DNA of 64,000 nt, from assembly GCA_903825305.1 (NCBI GenBank), contig CAIKAC010000023.1:20464-84463 (forward strand). The letters run 5' to 3'. The position numbers and the translations under genes were made by a program. The notes under the pieces are model-generated. The model made no database searches. It was given only the letters and a program-made list of their open reading frames with translations, and was not told where the DNA came from. Every line of letters starts with the position of its first letter. Within the stretch, counting starts at the first letter, position 1. Positions 26,382 through 37,318 of this stretch are shown piece after piece. This stretch comes from an uncultured Actinomycetes bacterium. GTDB lineage: Bacteria > Actinomycetota > Acidimicrobiia > Acidimicrobiales > RAAP-2.

Positions 26382-27418
26382 GTCCGCGTCGAGAGATCGT
26401 TTCCAATGAGCAAACCCGAGCCGTGGATCCCGTAGCTCATGAAGTGGAAGAGCGAGACGAGACATCGTTGCGCCCCCATGCTCTCGATGATTTCATCGGC
26501 CAAGCTGATCTCATTGAGCATCTGCGTATTCTCTTGGGAGCCGCAAGGGCGAGAGGTCACGTGGTCGACCACATTTTGTTCGCTGGACCTCCAGGGTTGG
26601 GCAAGACCTCCTTGGCTGGAATCGTGGCAAGTGAAGTGGGTGTGGGGCTTCGGGTGACGTCTGGTCCCGTACTCAGCCGACCAGGGGACCTTGCCTCGAT
26701 TTTGACGGATCTAAGTAATGACGACGTGTTGTTTGTTGATGAGATTCATCGCCTCCCTCGAGCAGTGGAGGAAGTGCTTTACCCAGCTATGGAGGATGGG
26801 CGCATTGACATTGTCATCGGCAAAGGCCCAACGGCTCGATCGATTCGGTTGGAACTCCCCAGATTCACGCTTGTTGGAGCCACCACTCGGATTGGACTCG
26901 TTGCGCCGCCGCTGAGAGACCGTTTTGGCTTTATCGGCCGTGTTGATCTCTATGAACCAGACGAACTCAAAGCAATCGTGCTGCGTTCTGCGGCCCTGCT
27001 TGGCGTGACGATTGATGATGCAGGTGCTGCGATCATCGCCGGAAGATCCCGAGGCACCCCCCGAATTGCCAATCGCTTACTGCGTCGGGTCAGAGATTTC
27101 GCCGACGTTCGGGGGGACGGCAGCGTCTCGGAGGAACTTGCTAATGACGCACTCGATCTCTTTGGCGTCGATGGCCTTGGTCTTGACAAGGTGGACCGCA
27201 TGATTCTTGATGTTTTGTGCCGTCGATTCGTTGGAAATCCAGTCGGACTGACAACGCTGTCGCAATCCATAGGCGAAGAACCAAGCACCATTGAGGACGC
27301 TTATGAGCCTTTCTTGGTGCAACAGGGCTTGATTCTGAGAACCCCACGGGGCCGGGTGGGCACCGATCGAGCGTTCGCTCACTTGGGCCTCGACCGAGAA
27401 ACCGGCACCCTTCTCTAG
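26378..27418 (+). CDS. ruvB: Holliday junction branch migration DNA helicase RuvB
   Basis: LRPHALDDFIGQ, Walker A GPPGLGKTS, Walker B LFVDEIHRL and the RGTPRIANRLLRRVRD motif. Confidence 0.95.
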   Translation: MSPRREIVSNEQTRAVDPVAHEVEERDETSLRPHALDDFIGQADLIEHLRILLGAARARGHVVDHILFAGPPGLGKTSLAGIVASEVGVGLRVTSGPVLSRPGDLASILTDLSNDDVLFVDEIHRLPRAVEEVLYPAMEDGRIDIVIGKGPTARSIRLELPRFTLVGATTRIGLVAPPLRDRFGFIGRVDLYEPDELKAIVLRSAALLGVTIDDAGAAIIAGRSRGTPRIANRLLRRVRDFADVRGDGSVSEELANDALDLFGVDGLGLDKVDRMILDVLCRRFVGNPVGLTTLSQSIGEEPSTIEDAYEPFLVQQGLILRTPRGRVGTDRAFAHLGLDRETGTLL

Positions 27419-27501
27419 GTTTTCGGTCTTAGCGACACAGGTGGCTTGGCTGATTGGGCTAAGTTTTGCGTTCGCACCTTTGCACCGTTAAGTGAGGATT
27501 C

Positions 27502-27945
27502 ATGATCGCTCTGCTCCTAGTTGCCGCCACCACAAAGTCTGGATCGAGCAGTTTTCTCCTGCCCGTCATGTTGGTCGGTTTTGCCCTGATCTATTTCTTC
27601 GTTCTGCGGCCTCGCCAACGCAAAATGAAAGAACAGCAGGCCCAGACTCGCAAGGCAAGTGTTGGAGACACCATTGAGACCATTGGTGGCGTCCGCGGTG
27701 TCGTGCTCTCTGAGGATGAGAAGTACATCGTGATTGCAACCGGTGGCCTTCCTGGAGAATCGGTCCCACAACCCACGACCTTGACTTTTTTGAAGCAAGC
27801 CATTGCCCGCAAAGTTGAAGATGAGGCTCCGGTGGAAGCTGATTCGGCCTCTGCGGCCACTCCTCCAAGCACGTCGGCTGTTGAGAACCCCGTGGCAGAG
27901 CTCGAAGCTGACGGATCAGCTGAAGGTGAGGACGACCAGAAGTGA
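27502..27945 (+). CDS. yajC: preprotein translocase subunit YajC with an acidic C-terminal extension
   Basis: Single TM segment followed by FFVLRPRQRKMKEQQ and GDTIETIGGVRGVV. Located upstream of secDF. Confidence 0.8.
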   Translation: MIALLLVAATTKSGSSSFLLPVMLVGFALIYFFVLRPRQRKMKEQQAQTRKASVGDTIETIGGVRGVVLSEDEKYIVIATGGLPGESVPQPTTLTFLKQAIARKVEDEAPVEADSASAATPPSTSAVENPVAELEADGSAEGEDDQK

Positions 27946-29525
27946 GCGCCCGAAACGCTGGAGTGAATCGAGCGTCCCGCCGAGGGCTGATCACCAGTTT
28001 GTTGGTGGTGCTGATTTCAGTCATCGCCACCTTTGGTGTAGTCCTTGGCCTCCAATGGTCTCCGAAGTTAGGCCTTGACTTGGCCGGTGGCCTGAGCGTC
28101 GTGTACCAGCCTCAGGGCAATCCGAGCAAGGCGGATCTCGCCCAAACAGTCACCATCATCAATAACCGCGTGAACTCTTTGGGAGTTTCGGGGGCCACGG
28201 TCGTCCAACAGGGAAGTGACATTGTCGTGTCTGTTCCTGGTGTTACTGATGCTCGCGCCGTATTGGCAACCGTTGGTCAAACGGCGCAGCTGCTCTTTCG
28301 CCCGGTGATGTGTTATGCACCAGCCTTTATCGGGGCGAAGTCCAAATACGCAGCTCCTGTTGGCACACCGCTTCCGACGAAGTGTGGGGCGAGTTACGCG
28401 TTAACCCAGGCCAATTTGGCGGTAACGCCGAACTCCAGTCTCCCTGCTGGCTACTCGGCAAATAATGTTTCCCCAGATCCCACGCTTGAGGTGTATCGAA
28501 CCACCCTGCCGGCCAACGATGTGGCAACGCAAGAAGTGTTGTTGCCTGGCCTCGGGGGAGAGAAGCAAGGTCGCTATCTCCTCGGCGCAGCGCAGTTGAC
28601 GGGTCGCGTCATCAAGTCTGCTCAAGCAACCCAGAATCAAGTTGGACAATGGGTGGTGAACTACACCCTTACGTCTGCTGGTTCGACGCAATGGGATGCC
28701 GTTGCTCAAGCGAACTTCCACCAGATTGTCGCGATTGAGCTCGACGGCGTTGTGCAGTCGGCACCACTTATTCAGCCGACTCAAACGACCTTCTCCTCGT
28801 TTGGTGGCCAAGGCGAAATCTCGGGCTCCATGACGCAATCTCAGGCACAGAATCTTGCTCGAGCGATGCAGTTTGGTGCCCTGCCAGTGCGCTTGACTGC
28901 ATTGACCACGGAGACCGTGTCGCCCACGTTGGGCCACTCATCACTCGTGGCTGGTCTCGCCGCCGGCATTGTCGGTCTGTTGCTGGTGTTGCTCTACACC
29001 GTGATTTATTACCGAGCCCTAGGACTGGTCATTATTGCTGGTTTGGCTTTGACAGCTATGGCGTTGTGGACGATCGTGTCGGCTCTTGGTCACACGTCAT
29101 TGGCTCCGAGTTTTACCTTGGCGGGTATCACGGGTCTGATTGTGTCTATTGGTATCACGGTCGACTCCTACATCGTCTACTTCGAGCGTTTGAAGGATGA
29201 AGCTAGATCCGGTAGATCGGTGCGCACATCGGTTGACCGAGGCTTCCAATCAGCATGGAGAACGGTGCTCGCAGCAGACTTTGTGTCCCTGCTCGCGGCC
29301 GTGATCTTGTATCTCGTGGCTCTCGGGGACGTGCGAGGGTTTGCATTCTTCCTCGGGCTCTCAACCATTCTTGACATCATCTTCACCTATTTCTTCACGA
29401 GACCCTTGGTGATCTTGTTGGGACGTCGCGCAGAGAAGCAGTCCGAAGGAGCCTTCTCTATCTCGCGCGGTTTGCTTGCTGAGGCCGATGCGAATGACGA
29501 AGCTGATGAGATGGAGGTCGTGTGA
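27942..29525 (+). CDS. secD: protein translocase subunit SecD
   Basis: LGLDLAGGLSVVYQ, a large periplasmic domain, and a C-terminal 5-TM block with GITVDSYIVYFERLKDE. Confidence 0.9.
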   Translation: MSARNAGVNRASRRGLITSLLVVLISVIATFGVVLGLQWSPKLGLDLAGGLSVVYQPQGNPSKADLAQTVTIINNRVNSLGVSGATVVQQGSDIVVSVPGVTDARAVLATVGQTAQLLFRPVMCYAPAFIGAKSKYAAPVGTPLPTKCGASYALTQANLAVTPNSSLPAGYSANNVSPDPTLEVYRTTLPANDVATQEVLLPGLGGEKQGRYLLGAAQLTGRVIKSAQATQNQVGQWVVNYTLTSAGSTQWDAVAQANFHQIVAIELDGVVQSAPLIQPTQTTFSSFGGQGEISGSMTQSQAQNLARAMQFGALPVRLTALTTETVSPTLGHSSLVAGLAAGIVGLLLVLLYTVIYYRALGLVIIAGLALTAMALWTIVSALGHTSLAPSFTLAGITGLIVSIGITVDSYIVYFERLKDEARSGRSVRTSVDRGFQSAWRTVLAADFVSLLAAVILYLVALGDVRGFAFFLGLSTILDIIFTYFFTRPLVILLGRRAEKQSEGAFSISRGLLAEADANDEADEMEVV

Positions 29526-30703
29526 TGAGCACGGTGGAGACCACGGCACCGGAGCAGAAGGCTCCTGGCGCGTTTGCTCGCCTCTACCGCGGCCAAACTC
29601 GCTTTGATTTTGTGGGTCGTCGACGCTGGTGGTTTGGTGTGTCCATGGCGATCATCATCATCGGCATTGTCGCTATTTCGGTTCGCGGGTTGAACCTTGG
29701 CATTGACTTCAAGGGTGGCGCCTCATGGGAAGTCCAAGCCAAGAATCTCACGGTGCAGCAGGTGACGACAGCAGTGGAGGCTGATGGCCTCTCGCAGCCT
29801 GTCGTGACGATTCTTGGTGGGCGAACTGTCCAAGTACAAGCCGACATCAACTCATTGAGCGCTTCTGAGCAGGCGCAGGTATCCGCCAAAGTTGTCGCAA
29901 CCTTGGCATCACTAGCGCACACCAATCAGAACAACGTGTCGCAATCGACGGTGGGACCAACGTGGGGAGGTGATGTCACGTCTCGAGCAATTTGGGCCTT
30001 GGCAATCTTCTTCATCGCCGTGGTGATCTACATCAGTTTCCGTTTCGAGCCGAAGATGGCTCTTGCCGCCTTCTTGGCCATGATTCACGACATTTTGGTC
30101 ACCGTTGGTGTGTATGCAATTTTTGGCTTCCAGGTAACCCCTGACACGGTGGTCGCCATTTTGACCATTTTGGGTTACTCGCTCTATGACACCGTGGTGT
30201 TGTTCGACCGAGTTCGTGACAATGTGAAAAACCTTGGCGGGGGTCGACTGAGTTACTCGGAAATTGTCAATCTCTCCATGAATCAGACCTTGGCTCGCTC
30301 TATCAACACCTCACTTGTGGCGATCTTGCCTGTGCTTGCCGTGCTGGTGGTGGGCGCGGAGATCTTGGGTGCGACAACCCTCTTGAACTACGGTGTCGCG
30401 CTGTTCGTGGGACTGCTCTCTGGTGCTTACTCCTCAATCTTCATCGCCGCGCCACTCTTGGCAATCATGAAAGAGCGGGAACAAAAATGGCGTGCTGTTC
30501 GCCAACGCCTTGATGCTCGTGGCGCTCGAGGAGAGACCATGTCTCCCGTGGAAGCTGCACGGACCAAAGCCTCGGCTTCGGTCGGCGGTTCAGCGACCGT
30601 GTCTGGTGTGATTGTTCCCGGTTCAGCGGCAGCGCGTGCGCAAGCAGGGCTGCCCCCTAGTGATGTTCCGCGGCCGCGCAAGAGCAAGCGCCGCAAAAAC
30701 TGA
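29522..30703 (+). CDS. secF: protein translocase subunit SecF
   Basis: FDFVGRRRWWFGVS, GIDFKGG, and a TM block with ILGYSLYDTVVLFDRVRDN. Overlaps the secD stop. Confidence 0.9.
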   Translation: MMSTVETTAPEQKAPGAFARLYRGQTRFDFVGRRRWWFGVSMAIIIIGIVAISVRGLNLGIDFKGGASWEVQAKNLTVQQVTTAVEADGLSQPVVTILGGRTVQVQADINSLSASEQAQVSAKVVATLASLAHTNQNNVSQSTVGPTWGGDVTSRAIWALAIFFIAVVIYISFRFEPKMALAAFLAMIHDILVTVGVYAIFGFQVTPDTVVAILTILGYSLYDTVVLFDRVRDNVKNLGGGRLSYSEIVNLSMNQTLARSINTSLVAILPVLAVLVVGAEILGATTLLNYGVALFVGLLSGAYSSIFIAAPLLAIMKEREQKWRAVRQRLDARGARGETMSPVEAARTKASASVGGSATVSGVIVPGSAAARAQAGLPPSDVPRPRKSKRRKN

Positions 30704-30737
30704 GCACTCTTCGTCCTCGGACGGCTAGCGTAAAGAA

Positions 30738-32954
30738 ATGACGAGCCTGACGGCGCCTTCTAGTGCGGGTGACGCCACCACGGGTGTGGTGGCTGAACTC
30801 CTTGAACCCGTCCTCGTAGCGTTTTCGAAGCAGCACGCGGGGGCTGAGACCCTTGAGATCGTACGAGCGGCTCGAGTGGCCGCCGAGGCGCACCATGGGC
30901 AGTTTCGACGCTCAGGAGAGCCCTACGTATCCCACCCTGTGGCAGTGGCAGGCATTGCAGCTGATTTAGGCCTTGATGAAACAACGGTAGTGGCGGCACT
31001 GTTGCATGATGCCGTCGAAGACACGGGTATCACCCTCGAAGATCTCGAGCGTGACTTTGGTGCCGATGTGGCCGCCGTTGTGGATGGGGTCACCAAGCTC
31101 GACCGGCTGGCCTTTGATTCGAAAGAGGCCCAGCAGGCGGCCACGATTCGCAAAATGTTTATTGCGATGGCATCAGACTGGCGCGTCTTACTCATCAAGT
31201 TGGCTGACCGGCTACACAATATGCGGACCCTGGCGGTTATGCCCGTGACCAAGCAACAGCGGATCGCTCAAGAGACGCTCGATGTGTACGCTCCCTTGGC
31301 TCACCGACTCGGTGTCCAACAAGTCAAGTGGCAGCTTGAGGACCTGTGTTTTGCAACCCTGCACCCAAAGCGTTACGCCGAGATCGAGCAAATGGTGGCA
31401 GCTCGGGCTCCAGAACGTGACGCCTACGTTGGCAATGTCCTTGATCAGCTGCGTGGACAACTCGCCGAAGCGGGAGTGGCTTGTGAAGTTTCGGGACGAT
31501 CGAAGCACCTGTGGAGTATCTACGAAAAAATGGTGGTTCGTGGCAAAGAGTTCGATGACATCTTCGATCTCGTGGGGCTTCGAATCATCACCACAGAGGA
31601 ACGAGATTGCTGGGCGGCCCTTGGCGTCATCCACGCGTTATGGCGCCCCGTGCAAGGTCGATTCAAGGACTACATCAACTCGCCGAAGTTCAACTTGTAT
31701 CAATCACTTCACACCACCGTCATCGGACCCGGTGGCAAGCCGGTAGAGATTCAAATTCGAACCACCGATATGCACGCCAAGGCCGAATATGGCATTGCCG
31801 CCCACTGGTCCTATAAAGAAGCAGCATCGGCCGCGGAATTGGCCTGGATGCAACGAATCACCGATGCTGATGTGGAGTCAAGCGACCCGGTCCGATTCCT
31901 CGAATCGATCAAGGCTGACCTTGAGCAAGACGAGGTCTACGTCTTCACACCTAAGGGTCGGGTAATTGCGTTGAGTGCTGATTCGACCCCGGTCGACTTC
32001 GCTTATGCGGTGCACACTGAAATTGGGCACCGATGCATTGGGGCGAAGGTCAATGGACGACTCGTCCCCCTCGATTCTCGACTGGCTTCTGCCGATACGG
32101 TTGAGATTTTCACCTCTAAGTCCGAAAATGCCGGGCCTTCGAGAGACTGGGTGAACTTCGTCGCCTCCTCGCGAGCTAGAAACAAGATTCGTCAATGGTT
32201 CTCACGCGAGCGTCGAGAAGATGCTCTGGAGTCAGGCCGCGAAGCGATGACAAGAGAGTTGCGACGCGAGTCGATGCCCATTGCGACGACACTGTCCTCA
32301 GCGGCGTTCTCGGCAGTGGCAGAGTCGCTGAATCTCGCTGATGACGAGTCATTGTTTGTGGCGATTGGCGAGGGTCAGATCTCTGCTTCTTCGGTTGTGC
32401 AGCGGCTCCTGCGTGAGATGCGAGGCGGCGAGGAGCAGATTGCCACGACCGTCACACGGTCCTCGCGCACGCCGCGTTCTCCGCATCGCCGCACCGCTGG
32501 CATTTGGGTTGAAGGCCTTGATGACGTCATGGTGCATTTGGCGCGCTGTTGTACCCCCGTGCCGGGTGATCAGATTATTGGATTCGTGACCCAGGGGCGT
32601 GGTGTCTCTGTTCACCGTTCGGATTGTTCAAACGCTGAGGCGTTGGGGGAGCGAAGTCAGGATCGAGTTATCGAAGTGGAGTGGGATGCTTCAGGAGAAG
32701 GAGTATTCCGAGCAACCCTTGAGGTGTTGGCGTTTGACCGCTCACGGCTCTTGGCTGACATTACCCAAACGGTCTCCGAACATCGGCTCAATATTGTGGC
32801 GGCGCGCACTGCAACAACGGCCGACCGGGTGAGTCGTATGACTTTTGACATTGAGTTGGCGGACCCCAATCACCTCGAAGCGCTGATTAACTCCATCAGA
32901 TTGCTCGATGGTGTCTTCGATGCGTATCGAGTGCTCCCGGGTGCGAGAAGATAG
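30738..32954 (+). CDS. relA: bifunctional (p)ppGpp synthetase/hydrolase RelA/SpoT (Rel)
   Basis: HD domain (HPVAVAGIAADLGLDETTVVAALLHDAVEDT), synthetase domain (RSKHLWSIYEKM, YQSLHTTV), TGS and ACT domains. Confidence 0.95.
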   Translation: MTSLTAPSSAGDATTGVVAELLEPVLVAFSKQHAGAETLEIVRAARVAAEAHHGQFRRSGEPYVSHPVAVAGIAADLGLDETTVVAALLHDAVEDTGITLEDLERDFGADVAAVVDGVTKLDRLAFDSKEAQQAATIRKMFIAMASDWRVLLIKLADRLHNMRTLAVMPVTKQQRIAQETLDVYAPLAHRLGVQQVKWQLEDLCFATLHPKRYAEIEQMVAARAPERDAYVGNVLDQLRGQLAEAGVACEVSGRSKHLWSIYEKMVVRGKEFDDIFDLVGLRIITTEERDCWAALGVIHALWRPVQGRFKDYINSPKFNLYQSLHTTVIGPGGKPVEIQIRTTDMHAKAEYGIAAHWSYKEAASAAELAWMQRITDADVESSDPVRFLESIKADLEQDEVYVFTPKGRVIALSADSTPVDFAYAVHTEIGHRCIGAKVNGRLVPLDSRLASADTVEIFTSKSENAGPSRDWVNFVASSRARNKIRQWFSRERREDALESGREAMTRELRRESMPIATTLSSAAFSAVAESLNLADDESLFVAIGEGQISASSVVQRLLREMRGGEEQIATTVTRSSRTPRSPHRRTAGIWVEGLDDVMVHLARCCTPVPGDQIIGFVTQGRGVSVHRSDCSNAEALGERSQDRVIEVEWDASGEGVFRATLEVLAFDRSRLLADITQTVSEHRLNIVAARTATTADRVSRMTFDIELADPNHLEALINSIRLLDGVFDAYRVLPGARR

Positions 32955-32958
32955 ATCT

Positions 32959-34230
32959 ATGTCCGAGGAGCAATTCACCCCCCAAGCCCCTACGGGCACC
33001 CATGACGTCATGCCGCCAGAGTCCTTCAGGTGGCAAGCACTCGTTGCCAAATTTGCCTCCATGGCGACTGCTTATGGTTTCGGCTTGGTGCACACGCCGA
33101 TGTTCGAAGACGTTCGGGTGTTCCACCGTGGATTGGGCGATGCCGCAGAAGTGGTGTCCAAAGAAATGTACGATTTTGAAGACAGGGGCGGTCGGCACTT
33201 GGCCTTGCGGCCAGAGGGCACGGCGCCGGTGGTTCGGGCATTCATTCAGCACCGTCCAGCCACCCCTTTCAAAGCTTGGTACGCCAGTCCCAGTTTTCGC
33301 TATGAGCGCCCTCAGGCCGGTCGATACCGTCAGCATCACCAATTAGGTGTGGAGGTCATCGGGAGTGATGACGCCGATCTCGACATTGAAGTTATTGAAC
33401 TCGCTTCCAGATTTTTTCGAGACCTGGGACTTCAACACGTCGTGCTCAAGATCAACTCCATGGGCTGTAGCGCTTGTCGTCCCGCCTACGTAGAGCAACT
33501 CAAGGTTCATTTGCAAGCGCACGAGGTGGACCTCTGCGACGAACATGGTGAACGATGGGCTTCCAACCCGTTGCGAGTCCTTGACTGCAAGAAACCCGGG
33601 TGCATTGGCGTGACCACTATTGGACCCATGCTGCGGGACCATCTTTGTGCTGCGTGCGCTGAGCACCATCACCATGTGGTTGCGGGGCTCGCTGAGGTTG
33701 GTGTGGACTCAGTGCAAGATGATCGACTCGTGCGAGGTTTTGACTACTACACGAGAACCACCTTCGAATTTGCGGCCACCTCACTAGAGAGTGCACAAAA
33801 TGCCATTGGTGGCGGAGGTCGTTACGACGGCCTAGTTGAACTGCTCGGAGGCCCTGCGACTCCAGGTATTGGCTTTGGTGTCGGCATGGAACGGGTCTTG
33901 CTCGCTTGTGACGCCGAGACCACGTTCTCCGTAGCAGCCCCTACGCCTCGTGTCTTCGTCGTTGATGTGACCGGTGGCACTCACGCGCGAACGTTGGTGG
34001 CCACATTGCGTCAAGCAGGGGTGTTCGCTGAGCGAGCCTATGACAGTCGATCCATGAAGAGCCAACTCAAAGTGGCGGATCGTTCGGGAGCTGCCTTTGC
34101 CGCCATCATTGGCGAGCAGGAGGCAGCCAGCGGATCCGTTACGATTCGAGCCTTGCGCCACGAGGCAGACCAAGAAACCCTCAGCGTCGAGGAATTTCTC
34201 ACGCGTTTTACCTCCCAAGGAGATCAGTAG
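32959..34230 (+). CDS. hisS: histidine--tRNA ligase
   Basis: GTHDVMP, LRPEGTAPVVRA, FRYERPQAGRYRQHHQLGVE and GGGRYDGL. The ATG at 32959 follows the relA stop; the longer ORF overlaps relA. Confidence 0.95.
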   Translation: MSEEQFTPQAPTGTHDVMPPESFRWQALVAKFASMATAYGFGLVHTPMFEDVRVFHRGLGDAAEVVSKEMYDFEDRGGRHLALRPEGTAPVVRAFIQHRPATPFKAWYASPSFRYERPQAGRYRQHHQLGVEVIGSDDADLDIEVIELASRFFRDLGLQHVVLKINSMGCSACRPAYVEQLKVHLQAHEVDLCDEHGERWASNPLRVLDCKKPGCIGVTTIGPMLRDHLCAACAEHHHHVVAGLAEVGVDSVQDDRLVRGFDYYTRTTFEFAATSLESAQNAIGGGGRYDGLVELLGGPATPGIGFGVGMERVLLACDAETTFSVAAPTPRVFVVDVTGGTHARTLVATLRQAGVFAERAYDSRSMKSQLKVADRSGAAFAAIIGEQEAASGSVTIRALRHEADQETLSVEEFLTRFTSQGDQ

Positions 34231-35996
34231 TGACTACCAGTAATGAGCAAACAGTTGCCGGCGTTCTTGCCACGTCTATGAGGGACCTCTTGTGTGGCGC
34301 ATTGAGGCCCGAACATGTGGGCCAGCAGGTGAGAGTTTGTGGCTGGGTTGCTCGGCGTCGCGAACACGGCGAACACCTTGCGTTCATTGACCTTCGCGAT
34401 CGCAGTGGCATCGTTCAGTGCGTCGTCGACGGTTCAGTCGACTTGCGGAGCGAGTACGTCGTCCAAGTAACCGGCACCGTGCGTCCGAGGCCTGAGGGCA
34501 CGCTAAACGAAACCATCGCAACCGGAGCCGTTGAGATTGGCGATTGCAAGGTTGAGGTACTAGCCGCTGCTGAACCACCGCCGTTCGGTCTCGAAGATCG
34601 CAGCGAGGTGGATGAACAAATTCGCCTTCGGTATCGCTACCTTGATTTGCGCAGGCCTCGCATGCAGCGCAATTTGCGAATTCGTGCAGCGGTGAACCGA
34701 GCTTTGCGAGCCGCCATGGACCGTCAAGGCTTTGTGGAAGTCGAAACGCCTATCTTGTGGGCTCCGACCCCAGAAGGTGCACGAGAGTTTGCTGTACCGT
34801 CCCGCTTGCACCACGGGTCGTTCTACGTACTGCCACAAAGCCCTCAATTGGCAAAGCAGTTACTCATGGTGGGAGGTATCGACCGGTACTACCAAATCGC
34901 TCGATGCATGCGAGACGAAGATTTGCGCGCTGATCGACAGTTTGAGTTCACCCAGTTGGACCTTGAAGCGAGCTTCGTAACGCAAGATGATGTCATGGCA
35001 TTCGTGTCTGAAGCAGTGCTCGATGCTGCTGAAGTAGCGACCGGTGTTCGACCTGGCGCCATTCCTCGAATGACTTGGCACGAAGCAATGGATCGATTCG
35101 GTGTCGATAAGCCCGACTTGCGAGTTGAGATCGAGCTCACGGACCTTTCAGAAACCTTCCAAGACTCGGAGGTTCGTGCCTTCTCTGCACCCGTGGTCAA
35201 AGCACTTCGTATTCCAGACGGTGCCACGTTCACTCGATCAAAGCTCGATACCCTGACCGAGAAGGCCAAGTCGCTTGGAGCTCAAGGGCTCGCATGGTTC
35301 CGAGTTCAAGACGATGGCAGCCTTGATTCTCCGCTCGATCGCTTTTTGGCTGACACAGAACGAGCAGCGATTGTGGAGCGTAGTCATGCTCAAGCGGGGG
35401 ATCTTGTGTTGATTGTCGCCGATGAGTGGCGTCGAGCCGTCGAAGTCCTTGGTGCACTCCGAGCCCAATTGCTCTCGCCTCCCGTGGGAGAAGGGGAACC
35501 CCGCTACGTATGGGTCATGGACTTCCCCATGTTTGATGGTGTTGATGCAGATGGCAACCCAATCTCAGCGCACCACCCCTTCACCATGCCCCACCCCGAT
35601 GATTTCGAATTAATGAAGACCGATCCGCTCAAAGCACGGAGTCAGGCTTACGACTTGGTACTCAATGGCTGGGAACTTGGCTCTGGGTCGGTGCGTATCC
35701 ACCGACCCGACCTCCAGAGTGAGGTGTTTCGAGCTCTTGGTATTTCCGAGGAAGACGCGGAACAGCGTTTCGGGTTTCTCCTGGGAGCGTTTCGTCATGG
35801 TGCTCCGCCCCATGCAGGCTTTGCCTTTGGCATTGATCGTTTGGTGGCGATTTTCACTGGGGCTGACACCATTCGCGAAGTCATCGCATTCCCAAAGACC
35901 CAATCGGGTACAGACTTGATGACGCAGGCACCCTCGACCATCTCCAATAGTGCGCTCCTTGAGTTGGGCATCAGAACTATCCCCAAGGAGTCCTGA
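34230..35996 (+). CDS. aspS: aspartate--tRNA ligase (possibly non-discriminating)
   Basis: OB-fold N-domain (GWVARRREHGEHLAFIDLRDRSG), FYVLPQSPQLAKQLLM, QIARCMRDEDLRADRQ and GFAFGIDRL. TAGTG overlap with hisS. Confidence 0.95.
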   Translation: MTTSNEQTVAGVLATSMRDLLCGALRPEHVGQQVRVCGWVARRREHGEHLAFIDLRDRSGIVQCVVDGSVDLRSEYVVQVTGTVRPRPEGTLNETIATGAVEIGDCKVEVLAAAEPPPFGLEDRSEVDEQIRLRYRYLDLRRPRMQRNLRIRAAVNRALRAAMDRQGFVEVETPILWAPTPEGAREFAVPSRLHHGSFYVLPQSPQLAKQLLMVGGIDRYYQIARCMRDEDLRADRQFEFTQLDLEASFVTQDDVMAFVSEAVLDAAEVATGVRPGAIPRMTWHEAMDRFGVDKPDLRVEIELTDLSETFQDSEVRAFSAPVVKALRIPDGATFTRSKLDTLTEKAKSLGAQGLAWFRVQDDGSLDSPLDRFLADTERAAIVERSHAQAGDLVLIVADEWRRAVEVLGALRAQLLSPPVGEGEPRYVWVMDFPMFDGVDADGNPISAHHPFTMPHPDDFELMKTDPLKARSQAYDLVLNGWELGSGSVRIHRPDLQSEVFRALGISEEDAEQRFGFLLGAFRHGAPPHAGFAFGIDRLVAIFTGADTIREVIAFPKTQSGTDLMTQAPSTISNSALLELGIRTIPKES

Positions 35997-36016
35997 TCCC
36001 TGAGGATCTTTTTGCT

Positions 36017-37309
36017 GTGGCCGCCGAGGAGCGACTGGCCGCTCGAGGTCCACTGGCGGCCCGATTGCGCCCCACCACCCTGGACGATGTCGTAGGGCAA
36101 CGTCATCTCGTTGGTCCCAACGGTGCGTTGCGATTGCTGGCACAGCAAGATCGTCTGACGTCGTTGATTTTGTGGGGACCACCAGGATCCGGCAAGACAA
36201 CCATGGCGTCGCTGCTTGCCTCGACGACGAACAAGCACTTCGTGAGTCTCTCGGCAGTGGTTGCTGGGGTGAAAGACGTTCGTGACGTTCTCGAAGAAGC
36301 AAAACAACGCATTGGTGAGCGCGGACAGGGGACGTTGCTGTTCGTGGACGAAGTTCACCGCTTCAATAAGGCACAGCAAGATGTCTTGCTTCCTGGTGTT
36401 GAGTCAGGACTCATCACCTTGGTTGGAGCGACGACTGAAAATCCCTATTTCGAAGTCAATGCACCACTGCTAAGTCGCTCCACCCTGTGGCGTCTTCAAC
36501 CCCTGGATCTCGATGATCTTGTGATGGTGGTGCAACGGGGCCTCGATGTCGAAGCGTTCAACGCCGATCCCGAAGCCGTGCAGTTGATCGCCTCAGTTGC
36601 TGCTGGGGATGCTCGAAGTGCGTTGACCACCTTGGAGGTTGCTATCGCTATCGCCCGGGGAAGAAAGCAAGCAGCGGTGACGACTCAAGACGTCGTGGAT
36701 GCTCGAGATGGAGTAGTCCTCCATCAGGGGGAAGATGAACACTACGACCAGACCTCCGCCCTTATTAAATCGGTCAGAGGATCTGATCCTGACGCCGCGC
36801 TGTTTTGGCTCGTACGGCTTCTCGAGGCAGGTGAATCTCCACGCTTCTTGGCCCGCAGGATGGTGATTTTGGCATCGGAAGACATTGGCATGGCTGATCC
36901 TTGGGCGCTGGTGTTCGCCGATGCTGCATCGCGATCGGTAGAGCTCATCGGCATGCCAGAAGCTCAGTTGACCCTCGCACATCTCGTCATTCGGTTGGCT
37001 ACGGCGCCCAAGTCGAATTCAGCCACCACGGCTCTGGCGCGAGCAAAGACTGCGGTGCAAGCCCATCCAGGCGCTCGGGTACCTGAACACCTCCGAGACT
37101 CTCACTATGAGGGAGCGAAACACCTAGGGCATGGCGAGGGGTATCGCTATCCCCACGATGATCCTTCGGGCTGGGTGAAACAGGATTATCTACCTGATGA
37201 ACTTCGTGGGCGACGCTTCTATGAGCCAAGCACGCATGGCCGAGAGGCTGAAGCTCAAAACTGGCGCTTGAGGGCCATGGAGGCCAATTCGGGGCAAGAC
37301 GACCGGTAG
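36017..37309 (+). CDS. rarA: replication-associated recombination protein A (RarA/MgsA AAA+ ATPase)
   Basis: LRPTTLDDVVGQRHL, Walker A GPPGSGKTT, Walker B LFVDEVHRFNKAQQD, and the C-terminal HYD..SALIKSVRGSDPDAALFWL. Confidence 0.9.
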   Translation: MAAEERLAARGPLAARLRPTTLDDVVGQRHLVGPNGALRLLAQQDRLTSLILWGPPGSGKTTMASLLASTTNKHFVSLSAVVAGVKDVRDVLEEAKQRIGERGQGTLLFVDEVHRFNKAQQDVLLPGVESGLITLVGATTENPYFEVNAPLLSRSTLWRLQPLDLDDLVMVVQRGLDVEAFNADPEAVQLIASVAAGDARSALTTLEVAIAIARGRKQAAVTTQDVVDARDGVVLHQGEDEHYDQTSALIKSVRGSDPDAALFWLVRLLEAGESPRFLARRMVILASEDIGMADPWALVFADAASRSVELIGMPEAQLTLAHLVIRLATAPKSNSATTALARAKTAVQAHPGARVPEHLRDSHYEGAKHLGHGEGYRYPHDDPSGWVKQDYLPDELRGRRFYEPSTHGREAEAQNWRLRAMEANSGQDDR

Positions 37310-37318
37310 GATTGCTGC

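Noticed and set aside
35610-36379. Two long reverse-strand ORFs (230 and 194 aa) spanning the aspS-rarA junction.
   Set aside because: They are antisense to two confidently identified genes and are rich in Arg, Ser and Pro. I treat them as shadow ORFs.
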